Positions 6,686 to 11,372 of a DNA stretch of 11,372 bases are shown one piece after another; position 1 is the stretch's first letter, and the number at the start of each line of letters is the position of its first letter. The stretch is from a bacterium (GTDB taxonomy: Bacteria > Desulfobacterota > DSWW01): NCBI GenBank assembly GCA_040756235.1, contig JBFLZG010000038.1, positions 40,065 through 51,436 of the forward strand. Direction: 5' to 3'. The position numbers and the translations under genes were made by a program. Under the pieces are notes generated by a model, which was not told the origin of the DNA, made no database searches, and worked only from the letters and a program-made list of their open reading frames with translations.

Positions 6686-7846
6686 TCAGGGACGTTCAGA
6701 GCTCAGGATCACCACGTCCGACCAGAAGCAGCCGCCGAACCCGGTGGCCAGGGCGTTGTTCACCACGCTCGGGACCTGGCGCGGCCCGCCCCTGCCCATG
6801 ACCTGGAGCGCGGCCTCGGCCACCCTGAGGAGCGCGGTCGCGCCGATGCAGTTGGTGCTGATCACGCCGCCCGAGGGGTTGACCGGGATCTTGCCGCCCA
6901 TGTCGGTGTGCCCGTCGCGCACGAACTTCGGCCCTTCTCCGGGGCCGCAGAAGCCCAGGTCCTCGATCCACTTCAGGCCCGCATACGAGTAAGGAAGGTA
7001 GAGCTCCGCCACGTCCAGCTCCGCGGTGGGCCGCGTGATGCCGGCCCGGGCGTACGCCTCTTGCGCAGCTTTCCGGAGGGACTCCAGCCCGGCATCGTAG
7101 TTGGCGTCGCCGAACCAGGTGTAGGTGTGGCGCACCGCGCAGGACCTGATCCACGCCGGCCGTGGCGCGATCTTCCGGGCCACCCCGTCCGCTGCAAAGA
7201 CCACGGCGCAGGCGCCGTCCGTTCTCGGGCACACGTCCAGGAGCTTGATCGGCCAGGCGAGCATGGGCGAAGCCATCACGTCCGCCACCGTGATCGGCTT
7301 CCGGAGGTGCGCATACGGGTTGTTGAGCGCGTGGTTGCGGTCCCGGACCGCGACCCGGGCCGCGTCCTCCTGGGTGGCGCCGTACTTCTCCATGTAGGCG
7401 CTCGCCTCGGTGGCCAGGCTCGGAATGGCGCCCGAGTAAGAGAAGCGGTCCCAGATCGGGTCGCTGCAGGTGACGATCGCCGCAGTCGTGTCGCTCTCGG
7501 AGTTCTTCTCCCAGCCGATCGCGAGCACCCGGTCGAACAGCCCCGAGGCGACGTGGTAATAGGCCGCGATCGCCACCGAGGTGCCGGTCGTGCCCCCCGT
7601 CGTCACCTTCAGGATCGGCTTCAGATAGCCGCCCGAGCCTTCCACGCTCCAGGTGTCGACGTAGTTGACCGACTCGAAGTGGTCCATGTTCCCGATCACG
7701 ATCGCATCGATGTCCCGGATCGTAAGCTCGCAGTCCGCCAGCGCCCGGCTCACGGCCTCGTGGATCAGCTCCCTGCCGTTCACGTCGGGCCGGTGGCTGC
7801 GGTGCTCGCTCTGCCCGGTCCCCACGATGGCCACCCGTCTCGCCAT
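6686..7846 (-). CDS. Thiolase-fold SCP-x/Ltp-type protein lacking the nucleophilic Cys; Ltp3-like aldolase subunit
   Basis: The true start is MARRVAIVGTGQ at 7846 with a GAGGGGG RBS. Motifs: KVTTGGTTG (Cys site replaced), GWEKNSES, HALNNPYAH, CPRTDGACA, AELYLPYS, VNPSGGVISTNCIGA. These resemble mycobacterial Ltp3 as recalled from memory. Confidence 0.88.
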   Translation of the reverse strand: MARRVAIVGTGQSEHRSHRPDVNGRELIHEAVSRALADCELTIRDIDAIVIGNMDHFESVNYVDTWSVEGSGGYLKPILKVTTGGTTGTSVAIAAYYHVASGLFDRVLAIGWEKNSESDTTAAIVTCSDPIWDRFSYSGAIPSLATEASAYMEKYGATQEDAARVAVRDRNHALNNPYAHLRKPITVADVMASPMLAWPIKLLDVCPRTDGACAVVFAADGVARKIAPRPAWIRSCAVRHTYTWFGDANYDAGLESLRKAAQEAYARAGITRPTAELDVAELYLPYSYAGLKWIEDLGFCGPGEGPKFVRDGHTDMGGKIPVNPSGGVISTNCIGATALLRVAEAALQVMGRGGPRQVPSVVNNALATGFGGCFWSDVVILSSERP

Positions 7847-7857
7847 GGCTCGCCCCC

Positions 7858-9000
7858 TCACCCGTCCCGGCCCAGGACCCAGACGCAGTGGCTCTGCCCG
7901 CAAGGGCCGTTGATGCCGTGGGCCAGCGCCGTCTTCGCCCCTTCCACCTGGCGGCCGCCGGCCTCGCCCCGGAGCTGCAGGACCGCCTCGATCAGCCGCG
8001 CCAGCCCCGCAACCAGCACGGCGTGCGCCGACAGCACCCCACCGGACGGGTTCACGGGCAGGCGGCCGCCCGGGGTCGTGACCTTCTTTTCGATCAACCG
8101 GCCGCCCTCGCCCGGCGCGCAGAACCCCATCCCCTCCAGCCAGAGCGGCTCCATGTAGCTGAAGGCATCGTAGAGCTCGACCACGTCGATCTCGTCCGGG
8201 GGGCTGTGGATGCCCGCCATCTCGTAGGCCCTGCGGGACGCGTCCCCCAGCGAGAGCGGGTTTGCCAGGTCGCGGTCCCCCAGGAAGTAGTCGTCGGCGC
8301 AGTGGGCCACGCCCTTCACCCAGACCGGCTTCGGCCGCGCTTTCCTGGCCATCTGCTCGTTGGCGATGATGACCGCCGCCGCCCCGTCGCTCACCGGCGA
8401 GCAGTCCAGGAGCTTGATCGGGTCCGCGATCTTTCTCGAGCGCATCACCTCCTCGACCGTGAGCTCCAGCGGCAGATGGGCGAACGGGTTGTTCCGGGCG
8501 TTGCCGTGGTTCTTGACCGAAACCCGGGCAAAGGCCTCCTCCGGGATGCCGTAGCGCTCCATGTAGACGTTGGCCTGCAGGGCCGCGGCCGAGACCGCCT
8601 CGATCCCGAGGGCGCGCTGGTAGATCGGGTCGAACATGCCGTTGGTTACGGCCCGCATGTCCCCTTCGCTCCCTTTGGAGTGCGCCACGACCAGCGTGGT
8701 GCGGAAGCCGGAAAGGACCCGCATCGCGCCGTAGAAGGCACCGAACGTGCCGTCGCCCTCGACGGTCGAGATGTTCTTGTCGCAGCCCCCCGCGGCCTCC
8801 CCGACCGCCATGGAGGAGATGGTCCTGCCGTCCAGGAAGTCGTTCGAGACGGTGATCACGTTGTCGATCTCCGCGAGCGTGAACCCCGAGTCCTCCAGCG
8901 CCCGGCACGTCACCTCGTAGACGAGATCATGGAACGTCTCGTCCTTCTTGCGCCCCTCGTACCTGGTCTGCGCCACCCCCGCGATCGCGATCCTGTCCAT
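7858..9000 (-). CDS. Thiolase-fold SCP-x/Ltp-type protein lacking the nucleophilic Cys; Ltp4-like aldolase subunit
   Basis: GAGGTG RBS. Motifs: SNDFLDGRTIS, STVEGDG (Cys site replaced), NNPFAHL, CSPVSDGAAA, VELYDAFSY, VNPSGGVLSAH, ALAHGINGPCGQ. These resemble mycobacterial Ltp4 as recalled from memory. Confidence 0.88.
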   Translation of the reverse strand: MDRIAIAGVAQTRYEGRKKDETFHDLVYEVTCRALEDSGFTLAEIDNVITVSNDFLDGRTISSMAVGEAAGGCDKNISTVEGDGTFGAFYGAMRVLSGFRTTLVVAHSKGSEGDMRAVTNGMFDPIYQRALGIEAVSAAALQANVYMERYGIPEEAFARVSVKNHGNARNNPFAHLPLELTVEEVMRSRKIADPIKLLDCSPVSDGAAAVIIANEQMARKARPKPVWVKGVAHCADDYFLGDRDLANPLSLGDASRRAYEMAGIHSPPDEIDVVELYDAFSYMEPLWLEGMGFCAPGEGGRLIEKKVTTPGGRLPVNPSGGVLSAHAVLVAGLARLIEAVLQLRGEAGGRQVEGAKTALAHGINGPCGQSHCVWVLGRDG

Positions 9001-9015
9001 CTGCCACCTCGCGCT

Positions 9016-9480
9016 TCAGCCTCGGACGATCCGGAAGGAATCGATATCCAGAATGTGGCCCGTCCTCTGTTCCTTGAATACGGCCCGGACGCGGGCACCG
9101 GTTTTCAATCGGTCGAGGTCCTCCCTGATCAGGTGCAGGAGCGAGACGTCCGCCCCGTCGAGCCGGATCAGGGCATAGGCAAAGGGCGGCTGGACCGGCT
9201 GAAGAGGGTGCTCGAAGCGCACCAGCGTGTGGGCGGTCACGACGCCCTCTTGCGAGAGCTCGACCCACTCGTCCGTATCCACGAAGCAGCGGCCGCAGTT
9301 CTTACGCGGCGGCACGAAGACGGTCCGGCACCGCGGGCAACGGTTCCCCAGGATCTTCTTCTCGTCTCTGAGGGCGATGAGAAACCGGCTGCCTACCTCC
9401 CCGACCCACCAGGTGTACGGCACCCGGATCTGCCCCTTGAGCGTGAGTCCCTCGACCTCCTTGAGCCACGCTGCTTTCAT
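9016..9480 (-). CDS. DUF35 family Zn-ribbon/OB-fold protein, copy 1
   Basis: GNRCPRCRTVFVPPRKNCGRC zinc ribbon and PFAYALIRLDGAD...GARVRAVF OB-fold. The ATG at 9480 has a GAGGTG RBS. An alternative TTG start at 9504 also has an RBS. Confidence 0.94.
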   Translation of the reverse strand: MKAAWLKEVEGLTLKGQIRVPYTWWVGEVGSRFLIALRDEKKILGNRCPRCRTVFVPPRKNCGRCFVDTDEWVELSQEGVVTAHTLVRFEHPLQPVQPPFAYALIRLDGADVSLLHLIREDLDRLKTGARVRAVFKEQRTGHILDIDSFRIVRG

Positions 9481-9525
9481 CGCGCTCACCTCGGATTTGC
9501 GCAATTTCGCGGATCACCTCGGGAA

Positions 9526-9545
9526 GGGCGACGCATGCGTCGCCC
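9526..9545. repeat. Perfect 20-bp palindrome GGGCGACGCATGCGTCGCCC, copy 1 (GTAG-type REP core)
   Basis: Self-complementary, with an identical copy at 11343-11362. Confidence 0.9.
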
Positions 9546-9566
9546 CGGCAACGTCCACCCTGTCCT

Positions 9567-9595
9567 GTAGGGGCAGGGTCTCAAAACTGCCCTGC
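9567..9595 (+). repeat. GTAG-tagged REP-like hairpin
   Basis: GTAG tag followed by the stem-loop GGGCAG-ggtctcaaaa-CTGCCC. Confidence 0.7.
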
Positions 9596-9697
9596 GCGTT
9601 CCGCGTCATTCCGGCGAACGAGGGTGTGTCATAAATCCGGTCAGACCCTCGTGCGACCACTCATTCCGGAGGACTCGGAGGCGCGGCCGCATGCTCT

Positions 9698-9819
9698 CCG
9701 TCATTCCGGCGCAGGCCGGAATCCAGTCCCTGCGCCCACGTGATTGCAGCTGCCGGTGATGCACCCTTCTGGATCCCGGCTCGCACGCGCTCCGCACATG
9801 GGCCGGGATGACGGAAAGA
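9698..9819. repeat. CGTC-tagged bipartite palindromic element
   Basis: Left arm CCGTCATTCCGGCGCAGGCCGGAATCCAG and inverted right arm CTGGATCCCGGCTCGC...GGCCGGGATGACGGAAAGA. Partial arms (TCATTCCGG) also occur at 9606 and 9661. Confidence 0.85.
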
Positions 9820-9828
9820 CATCGAGCC

Positions 9829-11064
9829 TCACACCCGCAACAGGACCGCCTCTCCCTGGGAGAGCCCGCCGCAGATGGCGGCCACGCCGCGTCCGCCTCC
9901 CCGCCGCCTCAGCTCGTACATCAGCGTCATCGTCACCCGGGCGCCGCTCGCGCCCACCGGGTGGCCCATGGCAATGGCCCCGCCGTTCACGTTGGTCTTG
10001 CGCTGCAGCTCCTCCCATTTGCCCGGAGCGTCCTTTGCCAGGATCTTGAGCGAGACCAGAGTGACCGCGGCAAAAGCCTCGTTGATCTCGATCAAGTCCA
10101 TCTCGTCGATGGTCTTGCCGGTTCTTGCAAGCAGCTTCTCGATCGCGATGGCGGGCACGCAGGCCATGTACTTGGGCGCCCCCGCCGCGCACTGCACGGC
10201 CTCGATCGTTCCCAGTGGCTCGAGCCCTTTCTCCTGCGCCTTCCTGCGGGTGGTGATGAGGATCGCCGAAGCGCCGGAGTTCATGCCCGGCGCGTTGCCG
10301 GCCGTGACCGTGGGGCTGCCGTAGACCGGCTTGAGCTTGGCGAGCTTCTCCAGGGTGGAGTCCTTCCGGGGCTGCTCGTCACGCTCCATGAGGATCGGGT
10401 CCCCCTTGCCCTGCGGCACCGGGAGGACCATGAGCTCTTCACCCACCTTGAACTTGCCTTCTTCGAACGCCTTGAACCAGCGCTGGTGGCTCTGCATGGC
10501 CCAGCGGTCCTGCGCCTCGCGCGAGACCCCGTACTCGACCGCCACCTCTCCCGAGTCCGTGGCCACCGGCGCGAACCCCTTGCGGCCGTACCCCAGCTCG
10601 AACAGCACGTCCTCGAGCGCGACCGGGCCGAGCCGGCTGCCCCAGCGCACCTTGGCCGCGCTGGCGATGAGCGGCGTGTTGCCCATGCTCTCGGCCCCGG
10701 AGGCAATGACGATCTCGGCGCTGCCCGCCCGGATTGCCTGGTACCCGAGCCTGAGGGCGGTCATGGAGGAGCAGCAGGCGCGGTCGATCGTGAGCGAGAT
10801 CGACCCGGCCGGAAAACCGGCCAGGAGCGTCACCTGGCGCGCCGGGACGTTCGTGTAGATGGCGTACTCGGCCGGAATGCAGGTCCCGTAGTAGACTTCG
10901 TCCACCTCGGCCGGGTCGAGACCGGTCCGCCTCAGGACCTCCTTGAGCACGTGCACCGCCAGATCGAAGCTCAAGGTCGTCTTCAGGATCCCGTCGAATT
11001 TTCCGAAAGGGGTGCGGACCGCTTCCACGATCACCACATCGTCCGGACTCTCCTGGGCATGCAT
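9829..11064 (-). CDS. Acetyl-CoA C-acyltransferase (canonical thiolase)
   Basis: AVRTPFGKF, IDRACCSS (nucleophile Cys), VTAGNAPGMNSGA, IEINEAFA, NVNGGAIAMGHPVGASGAR and AAICGG (second Cys) are all present. Confidence 0.97.
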   Translation of the reverse strand: MHAQESPDDVVIVEAVRTPFGKFDGILKTTLSFDLAVHVLKEVLRRTGLDPAEVDEVYYGTCIPAEYAIYTNVPARQVTLLAGFPAGSISLTIDRACCSSMTALRLGYQAIRAGSAEIVIASGAESMGNTPLIASAAKVRWGSRLGPVALEDVLFELGYGRKGFAPVATDSGEVAVEYGVSREAQDRWAMQSHQRWFKAFEEGKFKVGEELMVLPVPQGKGDPILMERDEQPRKDSTLEKLAKLKPVYGSPTVTAGNAPGMNSGASAILITTRRKAQEKGLEPLGTIEAVQCAAGAPKYMACVPAIAIEKLLARTGKTIDEMDLIEINEAFAAVTLVSLKILAKDAPGKWEELQRKTNVNGGAIAMGHPVGASGARVTMTLMYELRRRGGGRGVAAICGGLSQGEAVLLRV

Positions 11065-11089
11065 GGGGCAGAATCCCTTCTCTCTTTTA

Positions 11090-11118
11090 TCCGGCGCAGA
11101 CCTGAATCCGGTCCCTGC
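11090..11118 (+). repeat. Decayed CGTC-type left arm
   Basis: 26/29 identical to 9705-9733 (TCCGGCGCAGACCTGAATCCGGTCCCTGC vs TCCGGCGCAGGCCGGAATCCAGTCCCTGC). Confidence 0.8.
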
Positions 11119-11127
11119 TCCGTCAGA

Positions 11128-11328
11128 CCGTCATTCCCGCGAAAACGGGAATCCCGCAGTAACCCGGATCCAGGTACGGGGCTTTCCGGAGATTGCGAGC
11201 TCGGCGAAGCAACCTCCCGGACTCAGGGGGGTTGCTTCGGTCGCCTTGGGCTCCCTCGCAATGTCCGCGACATTTCGTGTCCACGGCTCGCGGCCGCACT
11301 GCGGCCTTGGCCGGGGATGACGGAAAGA
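11128..11328. repeat. CGTC-tagged bipartite palindromic element with the 94-bp element nested inside
   Basis: Left arm CCGTCATTCCCGCGAAAACGGGAATCC (ATTCCC-N8-GGGAAT). Right arm GGCTCGC...GGCCGGGGATGACGGAAAGA matches 9778-9819. Confidence 0.8.
11185..11278 (-). repeat. 94-bp palindromic REP/RPE-like element, copy 2 (inverted)
   Basis: The reverse complement matches 5073-5166 with a single mismatch (5103 vs 11248). Confidence 0.95.
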
Positions 11329-11342
11329 GCCGCCACCTTGCC

Positions 11343-11362
11343 GGGCGACGCATGCGTCGCCC
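11343..11362. repeat. Perfect 20-bp palindrome, copy 2
   Basis: Identical to 9526-9545. Confidence 0.9.
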
Positions 11363-11372
11363 CTTCAGCGCC

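Noticed and set aside
6686..8908. 740-aa ORF as a long or fused protein
   Set aside because: The first 354 codons overlap the Ltp4-like gene in another frame and are Arg/Gly-rich noise. The real start is at 7846 with its own RBS, and the upstream gene has a normal stop at 7858.
2851..9570. Long plus-strand ORFs (2851-3402, 3433-4440, 5908-6801, 6908-8158, 7888-9570)
   Set aside because: These are antisense shadows of well-supported minus-strand genes, expected at high GC, with no recognisable motifs.
9606..9797. 63-aa ORF containing WIPACAGMT
   Set aside because: This is the typical spurious translation of a CGTC-type palindromic arm.
9520..9820. CRISPR array or integron attC array
   Set aside because: The repeats are heterogeneous and irregularly spaced, with no constant repeat-spacer period, no RYYYAAC/GTTRRRY pairs and no cas or intI gene.

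Overview
A high-GC bacterial window, compatible with an anaerobic deltaproteobacterium-like genome, although taxonomy cannot be fixed from this sequence. From left to right it holds the 3' part of a UvrD/AddA-type helicase with a C-terminal PD-(D/E)XK nuclease, a small membrane-anchored OB-fold-like protein, a B12-binding radical SAM enzyme (minus strand) and a small hypothetical protein. A minus-strand acyl-CoA catabolic cluster follows: a canonical thiolase, then DUF35 / Ltp4-like / Ltp3-like / DUF35, ending in an atypical PP2C-fold gene. The DUF35/Ltp block looks like a split version of the actinobacterial Rv3521-Ltp4-Ltp3 sterol side-chain aldolase module. The intergenic regions at about 5036-5220, 9520-9820 and 11090-11372 are mosaics of REP-like palindromic modules (CGTC-type and GTAG-type). 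A 94-bp element is present twice in inverted orientation (93/94 identical) and brackets the whole catabolic cluster. One repeat arm encodes the C-terminus of the PP2C-like protein. No transposase, tRNA, rRNA or CRISPR array was seen.
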